This document shows positions 1-12,925 of a DNA stretch of 64,000 bases, piece after piece; position 1 is the stretch's first letter; each line of letters begins with the position of its first letter. Both the position numbers and the translations under genes were made by a program. The stretch lies in assembly GCA_001179505.1 (NCBI GenBank), contig CDMY01000666.1, positions 124,001-188,000 of the forward strand, read 5' to 3'. The notes under the pieces were generated by a model. That model saw only the letters and a program-made list of their open reading frames with translations, had not been told where the DNA came from and ran no database searches. The stretch comes from Vitrella brassicaformis CCMP3155 (Eukaryota; Protista; Chromerida).

Positions 1-298
1 TAAGTACCTGCTTACAACACTCTTACACACACACAGACCTACCTACCTACCTGTACAAACAAATCCACACAGACACACAGACAGACACCCATTCTCAGCC
101 ACACGCTGCAGCGGCCAGTCGACTCCCTGTCTCGGGCAAAAACAAAAAAGGGGCTATATATATTTGTATATACCCACGCACACAAAGCCATAGATATCGA
201 CGGCCCAGCACACACAGTGACGCCCCAAAAAGCACGTCCTCGCTTTATCAATCGGTCCGGGTGAACGTCCAAAGTCAACACGGGCACGGGAATGCCGC

Positions 299-396
299 CT
301 AGCATGAAGTCGCTGTCTTTGCTGCTGGTGCTGCTGCGTCAGGCTTGGATATGGCTTGCCTGACGGCCTCCAATCGGCCAGCAGCCAACTCACCCT

Positions 397-431
<35 letters not shown>

Positions 432-3400
432 CCGACACACAGAGAGGGACTCGCTGTGTGTGTGTGTGCAGGGGCTCCTGTGTAGGTGTGTGTCTGACCG
501 ACCTTTCGTTGGTTGACAAAGAAGAAGAGCAGCACCATTGGCAGGGCTACCATGACCAGCAGATACAGGAAGATCCACCGCATCTCGCCCGTCGTCTGGT
601 ACAACACCGCAGTCTGATCGTTCAGGCCAGGACACACACACACACACACACACTCACAGATGCGCGCACCACCACACGGCCATCATCCCAGTGCACGTTG
701 TGTGCTGTCTTGTGTTGTCTTACCACGAGTGGCCCCATCCAGCTGCTGCCACGGTCAGTCACGGCATAGAGAGCGAAAAACTCTGCCTCCTGCGACCCAC
801 CAAAGCACCGACGCATCACACAACCACACCTCTCTCTGTGCTTGTTTGGTGGCTGACCTTTCCCGGCGGCAAAAACTCGGCATACAGAGCCCGTGAGAAG
901 GACACAACGGCCCCCAGGCCGAACCCATGCAGAACGCCGAAGAGGTAGGCCTCCCATGGGTTCTTGAAGCCGACGGTCGATCCCGGGACAACCCCGAGTG
1001 ACCCCCACAGGGCGATGAACAGGTAGATGGTCAGCACCACTAGCACCATCGATTTGGTGCTCAACCTGCGGAGAAAGATGGGGAGGGAGGGGCACGCGGA
1101 TGTACAAGTCCAATGAGGGATGAGTGAGTGAGTGCATTTCTGGGTTTACTTGAGTCGTCGTTGGAGCCAGAGGAAAAATATGCCGCCCAGGTTGGCGCAA
1201 ATAAGGATCAGGAAGATGATGAACAACAGGGCCACAGAGCTCAGACACAGCTGCAACCATACACATAGGCGGCATGTCTGTCGGTCGGTCGGTCGGTCGG
1301 TCTGTCATGGTGCACGTTCTGGTTGTGTACCTCGCTCTGCGCCACCAGGACACCCACAGAAGCGATCGTGTTATACGAGTCAGAATAGAAGTAGAAACAC
1401 AACTGACAAACACAGACACCCACACCCACAACATGTAAAAGCAAAACCATACGTGAGCCCTTTCTATCCCTCCCTCCCTCCCTCCCTCCCTCCCCGCTCA
1501 CCAGCATCATGAGCACTTGATCATACATCCTGGCTTGACAAATGATCTCCCACGTCCCCTTCCACCCCATCAGCCACACCCACCCGCCGGCTCCCTTGAG
1601 CGGCGGGCCGCGGTGGGCTCGCAGCCACATGAACGTCGGCACCGAGAAACACAACCACCACAAACCTGCAGTGATACACAGGGGTGGACAAATATCACAT
1701 TGAATAGCGATGTTGTGCGGGGCTGTGTGGTCTTCGTACCGGACAGAGCGGTCGACAATCGGTCGGCGAGTCGGCCGTTGTCGTCATTTGTGGCCGCGAA
1801 TTGCAAAGCAGCAGCTCCGACCAGACACAAAAACGCACCCGCCTGCAGCGCACCGACAATGGATCATGATCTGTGTGCGGCCGGTTCGAGATGAATGTCG
1901 ATCTGCTTGTGTGTGATTGCCTCACGTTTCCGATGGCGATGCCCAAGGTCGACATTTCGTTAGAGACATCCTCTGCCCTCCGCATCACCTCGAGCACCTC
2001 CTGTGTCAGCTGAGGGGTGCGAAATGCCTTCCGACGTTTCTCTAGCTCCAGCTCGAAAGACTGAGGAACATGGAATATGCATCAGTGCATATGTCTGCTA
2101 CGGCTTGCTGTCGTCTCACCCCTTGTTCCGTCGATGTGTCGCCGTCATCGGCCTTCCCTTTGTTGGCATCCCGCCACCGCCTCCCAGGAGAGAACAGCCC
2201 GCCCAGCGACCGACTCACAAGCTCAAACGAGGGGCTGGCCGACACGTACGACCGCCTCGGCGTCCCCTCATGCGACCGGCACGCCCGCGGCTCACATGCC
2301 TCTCGCACTCTCTCCGCCATCGCCCCGCTGCCCTTCTCTGTCAGCGAACGTGTGAGCAGTCCGGTAAAGTCAGTAGCAGCGGCAGTCGCCGGTTGGTCTA
2401 GCTGGGGATGTTGGTCTCGGCCTTCGTGTGCTGACGGCTCGGCTCTGCGGACCTTTGGGTGCAGCTCGACAAGGATGGGCAGGAAGGCATTATAAAAGAC
2501 TATGCTGCTGCCGAGCCCCACATTGATTGTGATGAGAAATACGCCGCCGAGCCAATAGAGCGACGGGCGGTCGAGGAACACGATGCCGATGCACGGCAGG
2601 GCGCCTGCAAACACACAGACAGGCGCATCTTCGTCAAAATGTGGGGTGGGTGGGTGCATGTGTGTGCGGCATTGAGTGCCTGCGTGGTACCAATGAGTGT
2701 GAAGATGATCATGAGGTTCTTGCGCCACCTGCCGAAATCGCCGTATCTGCCGAAGGTGATGAAGACGAACACCTGGGCCACCACACTCACTGAGATCATT
2801 GTCGTTGCGAACGATATGGCCTGTATCTCCACGCCCAAAAACTCCACGCCCTTCTGCTCGATCTCGCGGTACGCCCCCTCGCTGCCGACCCATTCCAGGA
2901 TGCCTCGGCCGGGTACACAGGCGGTGCACGTGGCGGGTGTGTCGCAGCCATTCCTCCCGCACATGGCATCATCGCTGCAGCTCTGCAGAGAGGAGCCGTA
3001 CGCATAGCTGTACACACCCACACACCCACACACACACAGAGAATTGCATGTCAGATGGCGCCTTACGCATTCTGTCGCTCACTCTTCGGCCATTGACTTG
3101 ACCAGGATCGGAAGGAACAAGGCGAGGGCCACCGTATAAATTGGGCTGTTTGCCCAATCAAACATGTACCTGCCCAAGACAGGCAAACAGACGTGAAGTC
3201 GCATCCCAGCAGATCAACCCAGCAGCGCACAGACACATCACAGGCAGCCACACCGCGCACAAAAACGATGTGAGTCCATTCGTACCAGCCGACTCGTTCC
3301 TTGGACAGCCGCCGCCCGCAACACACAATCTGCTCCTCTTCCTCCCCCACCACCGTTGCGTCCGCATCCTGCCGCCCTCCGCCCGCAGTGCCGATATCGA

Positions 3401-3518
3401 CCGCAACACATGTGTTCAGGTCCGCAGCAGCTGCTTTGGCGGAGCCACCGTTCCTGGGCGTATCGTCATTCGACGGGCTGCTTTCATCAGTGCCAGCAGC
3501 AGCGGGGACGACGTCCAT
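299..3518 (-). CDS. Atg22/UMF1-family major facilitator superfamily transporter (multi-exon)
   Basis: Spliced hydrophobic exons: QAISFATTMISVSVVAQVFVFITFGRYGDFGRWRKNL, LYWLGGVFLITINVGLGSSIVFYNAFLPIL, DVSNEMSTLGIAIG, NPWEAYLFGVLHGFGLGAVVSFSRALYAEFLPPG. These match the Atg22-type pattern (FYNAFLP; SRALYA..PPG). ATG at 3518; last exon GELAAGRLEAVRQ... ends with TAG at 299-301. Confidence 0.8.
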
Positions 3519-3990
3519 AGAGGAACCCAACGGACACAGAGCAGCCACTACGAGGCACCGAGAGCCAGTATCTCTGCACCTACACAAAGCACACAGCTCA
3601 ATTTGAGAGACCGTCAGGCTCTGCCTGTCGTGTGCTTGCGCTGAGTGCTCTTCTCTAGACTCGCATCTCTACTCTTCTGCGGTGTGTTCTCACGTGCGTG
3701 TTCACTTGAGCCGCGTCGGATTGGCAGATCAAACGGGAAAGCGTAAAGCGTCCAGAACAGCAAACGTGTGTACACGGTCTATGAGGGGGAAGTTCACGCG
3801 CTCTCATTCCCGGCTCGCAGGTCTGCGAGCTCAGCTCGCATCCAGGGTTCTTCTCGACGTTTCCCCCTCCTCTTTCTCCCGATTAAGCGGCCCTACTCTG
3901 TTCATTGTGGCGTCAAGGTCGGTCAGCGAGCGTCCCCCAGCCTGACATCGAGCCGTTCTTCCCCCACTGCCATATTCAGCGCCTCTCACC

Positions 3991-6900
3991 ATGTTTCAGA
4001 TGTTCGGTGCGAAGGGCGCCGACAAGGGGGCCTCGCCTGGCAAGGTGCGATCCGAGAAAGTGCTGCCTGCCAACTTCGAGGCTCCCAAGATTCGACTGGG
4101 TGCGAGCGGGAAGGCCGGAGGGGGGATTCCGAAGCTGCCTCCTGCGGCGGCTCGGAGGCAGTCTCAGCCGACATCGGTGGAACAGGGACTGCTGAGGCCC
4201 GCCTCGGTAGAGCCACAGGTAAGAGACACGAGATGACCATCCAAACTTGTTAATGAGGTGAAAAATTGGAACTTGCCTCAGGGTGCTTCCCCCTCCACGA
4301 GCCGTTCCGAAGCACCCTCCCCATCCGTCCCCCCATCCTTCCACGCGCCATCACAGCCCACGGCCCAGGGCTCGCTCTCCCAGAGGCTACGGGAGGGTGG
4401 TCTCAAGATGAACAGAGCAACGACACTGACGGCCCTGGGCGCCTCGCCCTTATCCGTGAGTGGGGGTGCTGAGGACGCGGCTGTCCGTCTGCAACCCAAG
4501 GCAGTCCCCAGCATTCAGACGTCGGGTGTCAAGCAGGAGGGCAGGGGGGTCGTCATCAAGAGCCCACGGACCTTTTCGCTTGTACGACCAGGTGAGGGCT
4601 CTCGTGCGAATATTTTCGCTCATCTTTGTGCATGTCTCTCTCTCTCTTTCTGTCTCTGTCTCTTCCCCTCATGCACACTACCCACAGGTGAGGCGCCTGT
4701 GGTTGCGTCTCCGGCAAGCCATTACTCCAGCTCCACCGACCCTCGCCGATCGAGTGCCTATGACTCCACCACAAGGTCCGAGGCAGAGAGGAGAGTGTCC
4801 TCCTTCTACTGGGCCCCTGGAGCGCGACAGACCTCGCCCACGGCACTGCAGCACTTTCAGGAGCCAAGCTTTCAGCTGCCTGGTGCTCCACAAGACATGC
4901 GGGGTACGGCGCCCCCGCGAATGGGCAGTTTCCCCGCCATGGCTCCCGTGATGGGCATGCCGCATGGCGGCTCGCCCAGTGGCGTACAGGCCGTTGGCGT
5001 GACTGCTGTCGGCTCCTTGTCGCCCTTGGGGGCCACCATGATGAGCACTCAGGGGTTTCCGATGGCGGCAATGCCATATGACGCACGCAGAGGTGAGGGA
5101 GGCTGCACTACAGAGACTCTGAATGTGTTCCTTGGCTCGCACCGGGCGGGTGTGCAGTGTCGATTGGTCAAATGACGGTGACGCCCGACCGGATCATCTC
5201 CCAGCTAGAGGAGGAAATACGGAGGAAGGTGAGAAGGACAACTTCACAACAGCGACGGATGCCTATGAGTGACGGACATCCATGCCTTGCTCCCCCATTT
5301 GATCCGATCCATCAGAGTGAGGTCATAGTGGATTTGCAGGAGTCGCTGCGCCGATACACGTTCGCGCGGACCCAGTCATCCATGGGGGCGGAGGAGCCAT
5401 CGCCCTCCATGCGCAAGGACCATCGACTCAACAGGGTAAGCAATACCGCTGACGAAAGCCGTGGGTCATGTGTAGTGTCTCCTTCTCTGTCTGTATGTCA
5501 GAGCCAGCAGATGAAGTATGAGCAGGAGTGGGATGATATGGTTGAGGAGATCACGGCGCTCAGGACGGTACCCATCCACACACGCAGACAGAGACACTCA
5601 TGCGTATCTCGCTGTGACCGATCGACGTGGTCTTTCTTTCGTCAGGAGCTGGAGAGGGCTCGCAACGAGCTTGACAGGAGCAAGCAGGTCACGGCGAGGA
5701 CAGAGACACATTGGCAGGGACAGATGGAGGGTCTCAAGAAGGTCAGCATCAAACAAGCACGCACACATTCAAATGTTTGGTGCTGCCTTGCGCTCGCTGC
5801 TTTGACTGCAGGAGATCGAGACTGCAAAGGTCCGTGAGGAGATGTTGCAGCGGGAGTGCCGCAAGCTCAAGGAAGAAATGACCACGCAGCGACAATCAAT
5901 CGTACCACACATACACAATACACACTGACTGCATGACACCCGTTTGTGTGTCTGTGTGCGCAGGACCGTCAGGCGTCCATGGGTATTGCAAGCACACTGC
6001 CGAAGCCAGTCAAGGTGGAGATGCCCAAGGAAACTCCACGAGACGCGAAAGCGAGGTGCATTGCCTCAAACACGCCTCTCTCGACTGTTCATTCGGACAC
6101 GATGTGCATTTATTTGCGTTTGTCAGGCTCGAGCGAGCGCTGGAGGACAATGCCGCCCTCCAGTCACGCCTACTTGACTTTGAGCGGCAGGTGGCCAAGC
6201 TGGAGGACGAACGAAGGCACCTCGACAAAGAAAAGGTCAGAAAGGCCAACACAGAGAGGGCTGAGAGACGAGCACACATTACCTTCTGTCGTCTTTCTTC
6301 AGAATGAGTTGAAGGATCTGCTGGACGCCGCCCGCTCCCTCACACACCGCGGCGTATCTGTCACATCAACAGCCGGCCATGTGCCACGTAAGACACGACC
6401 CTTTGCTTCTTAACTGACGGCATTCTATTCTTCCTCTGCCCTTTTCAATGCTCTTCAGATGGTATAGCGGAGTCCAAGAGCGTCTCGCAGAGTGCATCGC
6501 AGACGCCCTACGCCACGCTCATCCCACGCGACCTCTCACTCACAGCCGAGCTTGAGACGGCCCGCAGAGGATCCCAATCACAAGCGACAGACAGAGGCCG
6601 CAGCCCCCACCAGAGCTTCCTCTCCACAGGCTCAGCCGCAGATGCAGCTCTGGAGGCCACGACCCCCAAGCGTGTGAGCATCACCGTGCCTGATGTGGCC
6701 AGAGCTGAGACAGGGTCACCCTCCCGGAGGGCGGATGCTGGCGAACAGGGGGTGACGCCCAGGGATTTGAAGCTATTCTTCTTGAGTGTGGCAAGCAGTG
6801 TGTTTGGCAGAGACCTCGAGGAGGGGGAGCTCGAGGGAGGAGAAGACGCAGGGGGAGCAAAAAAGGTGAGACATGGAGGGGCATCCATTGCGAATCTGTT

Positions 6901-8110
6901 TCTTCCCTTCCATCAGGTTACTCCCAAGCCCTCCAAGCCTGCGGTTCCAAGGTTGGATTTCGCCAAGATCCAGCCTAGACCGGAGACCCACGAGTCCGTC
7001 CTGCGCCGTGTCAGAGAGCATGCCACGCCATCAGCGCTCGGCAGCCGCCGCAAGGCGCCGCACACCACTCGGCACGCCCGGCCGCTGCTTGTTGGCCAGG
7101 ACACTGCCCGCTCCCTCGCCTCCACGCTGCCGCTGCTCTTCAGAGACCGCCTGCGCTCGCTGTCGATGGGCACGATGGAGGGCGCTGAGGAGGACACGTC
7201 GTCGCGGGCCTACACCTCTCGACAGCATAGCGAACTCACCAATATATCGTCCCCGCGTCTCAACGAGCAGCTGTACGTCCTGGAGGCGCTGCACGCCAAG
7301 CTGGACGACATGCGGGAGGCGGAGGAGGTCATCATCCGCAAAGAGGGGGTGGCGGGGATGGCGGGTATGGCTGGGGAGGAGGGCCGCCCCCTGACATTCG
7401 CAGAGACACTGCGTCAGCTGCTGGCCGAGAACGAGTCCCTCAAGAACAGGCTGGAGCAGCTGAGCAGAAAGAAGAGACCCTCCATCAGTGTGCCGCCCGA
7501 ACCAAGGAAACCAGAACCAGAGGAGAAGCCGGAACGCCCGGCCGTGCCGTACGATGCCGAGAAGCGGCTGCTGCGTCGCCAGGTGGAGTTGCTGCTGGAG
7601 GAGATGGGCGAACTCAAGGCACAAACGGACCGATCCAGACCGAGAACCTTCTTTGTGCCCCGCTCACAGGGGCCGATGCCTGCAGCCTTCGCCACCCCGC
7701 CTCCACCAGCCACCACGTCCATCCCCCCATTGCCGATGTTGCCGCATGCCCAGTCACCGCTGAGGCCGCTCATGCGTCCCCTGCCCTCACCCGAGAGATA
7801 CGAGAGACACTCGTGTCAGCGGGTATGCTGCCCGAGGGAGCCTCACAAGGCAGTGGTGATGCTCCCGCCTCGCTTTGCATCCCCATTGACGGCCCGGCTG
7901 GCGGCGCCGCAGCACCAGCCACTGCCGCAGCAGGGCGAGCAGCACGAGGTCGAGAGGAGCAGGGCGAGCAAGTGCTGCGGGCGGCAATCTTCGAGGGCGA
8001 GACAGGGCAAGTGGGACAATACAGTACGAAGGGGCTCAGAGGGAGTCGTGAGGGAAAGGTGGGTGGGGGACCTGAAGAGGGTCCGTCGGTCGTCGTGTGG
8101 ATGGAAATAA
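3991..8110 (+). CDS. Large hypothetical coiled-coil / low-complexity protein (multi-exon)
   Basis: ATG 3991; GT-AG introns join heptad-rich exons (IISQLEEEIRRK, QELERARNELDRSKQ, LEDNAALQSRLLDFERQVAKLEDERR). The exon from about 6459 runs in frame into the 478-aa ORF ending at 8110. Confidence 0.7.
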
Positions 8111-8404
8111 GCCATTCTGTATCTAGGCAGACGTACACACACTTTGTCGTTTTTCTCTGAGTCGTGTGGAAATGAAGAAATGGTGTCTCTTGCTTCTGTT
8201 GATGGCCTGGCCTTAGTGTGGTCTGGTGAATGGTTGATGTGCCTTCATCGATAGGACACGGCATGACCCGACACATATGGCAGATGTCACACACTGTCCA
8301 TTAACTACATCTCATCAAGTCTGCACATCTATCAGTCCTCACTCACTACCGTCCGCCGAGAATAATCAATTCTACCCCAAGTCATCCTCCACTCGCCTCC
8401 ACAC

Positions 8405-9959
8405 TTACATCGACTGCAGATGCGTCACCAGGGTCACGAAGCAGCAGAATACGTCAACGCAGAATATGGCACCGTAGACCATGTATTTGAATTCCTTCGC
8501 GTCGTCGCCTTTCAGGCCGTCGGCAGCTATCTGGATGAGGAGGCTCGTATCGGACACGCTGAGGCACCGGCGGATGGCTTTCCACAACTCATCCATCGGC
8601 GGGCACAACAGGGACTGGCACACCCAGGCACACAGCACCATTCAACAGGACGAAGTGGGCATCGGGAGGTGTGCATACGTGTGTGTGTGTGTGTTTTTTT
8701 CTTTCTTTCTTTCTTTCTTTCTGTCCGTCTGTGTGTCCTACCTCAGTAATATCGAGGAAACAATAAGTTGGCCACATGACGAATTGCAGGATGGCCTGCG
8801 CAAAAGGAAATCGCGGAGGGCAGACACATGCGTCGTTGTTTGCTGACGACATGCCCCTCACCCAATATAGCCCTCACCAGTAAGAAGCGAATGGGGGTGT
8901 GGAGCAGGAAGACGAAGACGAGCATCTCGTTCGTTGCCATCCAGGTGTCCAGCAACCGGCGGTAGCGTCCACTCTCATGACGAACCAAACTGTAAGTGAC
9001 ACAAGCCATCGAGCGTGGATCAATCGCCTGCCATCCATACAGCTCCCGTACTTGGAAGAGCAAATTTGATTGTGTCCCGGATGGCCACGGCGATAGCACT
9101 GGAGGCACATGTCCGAAAGACAGCCAGAGTGGCAGCCCCACCTGAGACAACGGCATGCACAGACAGATGCTTCGGTTTCCTGTGTGTTCCGCCTGTCTCT
9201 CACGCGAAATTGCAATGGCGGTCGTAACAGCCCGAGCCACCGTGCAAATGACATACATCGTGCGCAGCGACTTGAAGGCCTGCTTGTTGTATGTAATGGG
9301 TCATGGCTGATAAGATCGTCTGCACTGCGCCTACTTGTATGTGGCCGGGGCTGCCGCAGAGGAAACGCAATCTGCAGCCAAAGACACAAAATTCGCATCA
9401 TCCCCTGCCCTGCAGCCACGTCCATGCCCTCCTGCACACATACTCCGTGTAGGCGAGCGGTGCCGTCATCATCCAGTAGCCCGCAGCCGAAGAACCAACG
9501 ATCCAAGCGATCAGCACCACAACCAGAGGCAGCAGGCCAACGCTGCAGATGCTGAACACAAAAAGAGAAGACGCATGGACCATTCCACCAATGGCATGGA
9601 TCTGAGCGCAGTTGGTCCATCGACGAACGTGCTGCTTTGCGTACTAGTAGATCTGAAGATCTTTCTGTACGGCGTTCGCTTGCCCACGGGTACCCGGGGC
9701 CTGCAGATCAGTGCCGGGCTCTGGATCTGGCTGCATCTTGAAACCCTCAAGGACCGCACGACATCTCTCGCGGCCATGATCGCCGAAACGTAAACACTCG
9801 CATCCATCTATATACCTCCTCGGCTGCCTTGGAGTCGCCCCCTTTCTCCTCCTTCCCCCGCCACTCGTAAAACAGAAGTCGCCTAGCACTTGGTAGGTTT
9901 CGAATCGCCTCAGTCTGCCATTCTGCAAGGTAGAGAAGGCCATGCAAGAAGACTAACAT
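8405..9959 (-). CDS. Hypothetical multi-pass membrane protein with a Cys/His-rich loop
   Basis: A hand-built model of about 9 exons with GT-AG introns gives ...YYICSVGLLPLVVVLIAWIVGSSAAGYW...CLSDMCLQCYRRGHPGHNQIC...EMLVFVFLLHTPIRFLLAILQFVMWPTYCF...YGAIFCVDVFCCFVTLVTHLQSM*. The start codon is uncertain. Confidence 0.5.
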
Positions 9960-9987
9960 CGTCCACCACCACCCAATCGTTTCTTCC

Positions 9988-11499
9988 ATGCATGGCGTGC
10001 AGGATACGATGACGATGGTGTCGGCTTGTAAGATGCCTCTCGTGCTGTCTATGGCGCTGCTGGCTGTCGGTCTGATGGCCGCAGTGATGCCTTCCAACAC
10101 CCAAAGCGCTGCCGACGGTCAGCAAACGCAACACAACAATGAGACATGACATGGGGGGCATCATACGTATGGGTACGTATGGGTATGTATGGATGCATCT
10201 GCCGCGTTGTGGCTGCAGTGTCGGCAAGCCGCTATCTAGCCCTGAATTCGGCCGATAATACCAACAGCACTGAAGGGGCTGACCAGGGTACGCCAAAAGC
10301 ATCTCCACACGGATGCCTTCGTGTTCATGTGTCGATGCATCTGTGGGTGTGTTGTGTTGCAGAGTTTGCCTTGATGTCGTCCACGCATGCGTCGCTCATC
10401 CAGCTGCAGCTCAATCACGCCCACGCCTCAATCACTGCCGCCCACAAACTCAACATCGCCGCCCACCAGCTGAGCGTCGCCGCCGTAGACGCCATCGACA
10501 GCGCCCTCAAGACACACGCACTCCAGCCTTCGGGTGGGTCAGTCGTTTGCATGCATTCCAAGTCCGTCTGTGCATGGCTCCCTGATTGTTTGCAGGCAAG
10601 TGCACAATATACGTGACGCACGGCGGCCAGGAGAGCGTCTCTATGGAAGCTGTTGACGACTGCCCCGGCAACGAGAAAGTGTGCGCGGCCCATCAGATTC
10701 ACTTTAACTGGTCGTGGTTCACGCTCGTCCTGGCATATGTCGGGAAGCTCAGAGTCGAGGCAACCCCCATCCTGGCATCTGCGTCGACAAAAATACCCGC
10801 GCCCAAGACCTGGTAGGCATGATGAAGGGGAAAGAATGCCAAAATCCTTGTTGCGTGTTGTTTTCGATTAGTGCGAGAAAATCTCCACTGAGCAATGTCA
10901 CACGCATCCACACACACCCAGAGACAGAAAGAGACAGTGCCGCATCTTGTATTATCTTGTGTTGCAGCGGCGAAGTTCTTCCGCATCCCCATAGGCGATC
11001 CGTTGATCCAGCCCGCCTACGCTTTCAGCGCCAAGTACGCGAGCGGCAAGAACTGGGAGCTCGGCCAGATGCCGGAACTTGTTCAAGGTCAAGGTCGGGC
11101 GCAGTATTGCTGGGCGGAAAAAGGCAAACTCGACTCTCTCTCGCGCCTCGGTACAAAACGCGCCGATGGCCGACCAAGCGCCCATCTCAGCTCCTGCTCT
11201 GTGTGTGTGTGTGTGTGTGTGCAAAAGGGTCCGACTGCGAGTTCGAGAACAGAAACACTGGCGAGCCGGTCAAGATCAAGCCCTGCGCCGCAGGCGAGGT
11301 GTGCCTCATCAGAGAGGGGGCAGACTCTGGGAGTAATGGTCAAGGCAAATGCATCTTGGAGGAGAAGGTGAAGGACAAGAGGGTGGAGGGCTTCCCCCAT
11401 CTTCCCGACGTGAGGGGCAAGGGCGGCTGCGGCGGGCGGACGTGGATCTACGAGCTGGTTGACGCTGCAACGGGAGAGAAGGGCAGATTCCTTTGCTAG
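9988..11499 (+). CDS. Secreted cysteine-containing hypothetical protein
   Basis: Signal-peptide-like first exon (M)PLVLSMALLAVGLMAAVMPS; in-frame ATGs at 9988, 10009 and downstream. Later exons GKCTIYVTHGG...CPGNEKVC...WSWF and CEFENRNTGEPVKIKPCAAGEVCLIREG...RFLC* (stop 11499). Confidence 0.65.
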
Positions 11500-11949
11500 C
11501 CAACACACACTCACATACGCGCACTTACAACAGCGGATGGATAGACTACATGGGCAGGCCTGCATGCAACACACACATCCCCCCTGACACCCCCACAAAA
11601 CACACGATACACAATGCATGGATGTGCTGATGGATTTCCTTTTCTTCTGTCTTTGCCGTCTGTTTCAACAAACATCACACGCTAACATCACACACACAGC
11701 TGCCAATCGTTCCTTTTGCCGTCACGCGTCGGTCTGGCTGTCTGTTGCGTTGTGTGTATGAGGGATCCGGGACGCATCATTGGCTGTACAGACACACATG
11801 GTTGTTTTGAAAACACCTGCATGGATGGACATCGATAAAGTGGATACAGCGGTTGCAATAATGATGTCTCACACATACCAACATATTCACACACGCATAT
11901 ACACAGACACAGACACAGACACACACACATATACACAGAGAGTTGACGC

Positions 11950-12900
11950 GAAGGCATTGATGACAGGGTCTTGTCTTCCTCTGCTGCACTGGTCGATCTC
12001 ACCGCACTGAGCCCCTCACACGCCTCGGCCGTCTTACTGCACACGCTATACACACAGAGAATCCACATATAGAGACCCTTCCAGAACTGTAGGTTGCAGT
12101 CATCCTTCGTATACGTTAGCGCATATACGGTCGGGCGTTCTACCAAGCGAGGCACGCGGATGGTGCTGGGCGAGCAGTTGGAGTTCGTGGAGACGCAGCT
12201 CAACCTAAGCGAGCGCAGTGTCTGGAAGTGGATGTGATGCCGTATATGTTGGGGAGAGACGTTGAGTGACGCTTCACGATACGGGGTGAATGCTCGTTGA
12301 CGTATAGACGAAATGGATACACAAGTGCACTGAGGTCCACACGCACACACAACACACACACACACCAGACACCAGGGTCCATGCGGGTACGCATCGATCA
12401 CACGTGTGTGTGTTGGGGTGAGGGTGGTGAGTATAGCATACCCAGGTTGCGTATGGTGGGGTGAGGCAGTTGTGTGCACAGCCCACGTAACCACCACACG
12501 CACATCCAAGTCACAGCCACACCTGTCCCATAAACACACGACGCAACATAGCACACCGAAATGAACCACAGAGCCAAACGAGGAGAGGTGTGTGGGTGAG
12601 TAAACGGTGTGTCTCCCGAATGTCCCCCCTCTTTCTCAACACTACCGGACACGCAGATACTACCTACGTGCAGCCGCGAGGCCGCCGGCATCCCTCCGGC
12701 TACTAAGGCATGTATGGCATGTATTCTACAGTGGCGTCTACAAAAACAAGCTTGGCCTCTTCGTAACAGAGACGTGCAATATGTGCAGGTACAGCGACAC
12801 GCGTATACACAGGGAGAAGACGGCACAGCTCAGCAGCAGGGGCTCTACATGTGCGTGGGCTGAGAGACCCACCTTTCCCTGCACATGCATCAATGCATAA
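11950..12900. other. Unresolved coding-like segment (possible small spliced gene)
   Basis: Stop-free stretches with coding-like composition on both strands (minus: TIRVPRLVERPTVYALTYTKDDCNLQFWK; plus: VFYSGVYKNKLGLFVTETC) and an intron-like CA/TG hairpin at about 12335-12420. No consistent gene model could be built. Confidence 0.2.
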
Positions 12901-12925
12901 ATGCACCACTGGAAGAGCAGCACTA

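Noticed and set aside
8420-8846. Plus-strand gene suggested by a GT..(TG)n..CAG intron-like stretch
   Set aside because: The same DNA is a CA-then-TG style intron of the minus-strand gene, whose exons join in frame; the plus frames give no coherent protein.
9340-9400. FLCGSPGHIQ as a CCHC zinc knuckle
   Set aside because: The first Cys and the final Cys of the knuckle are missing in the spliced frame.
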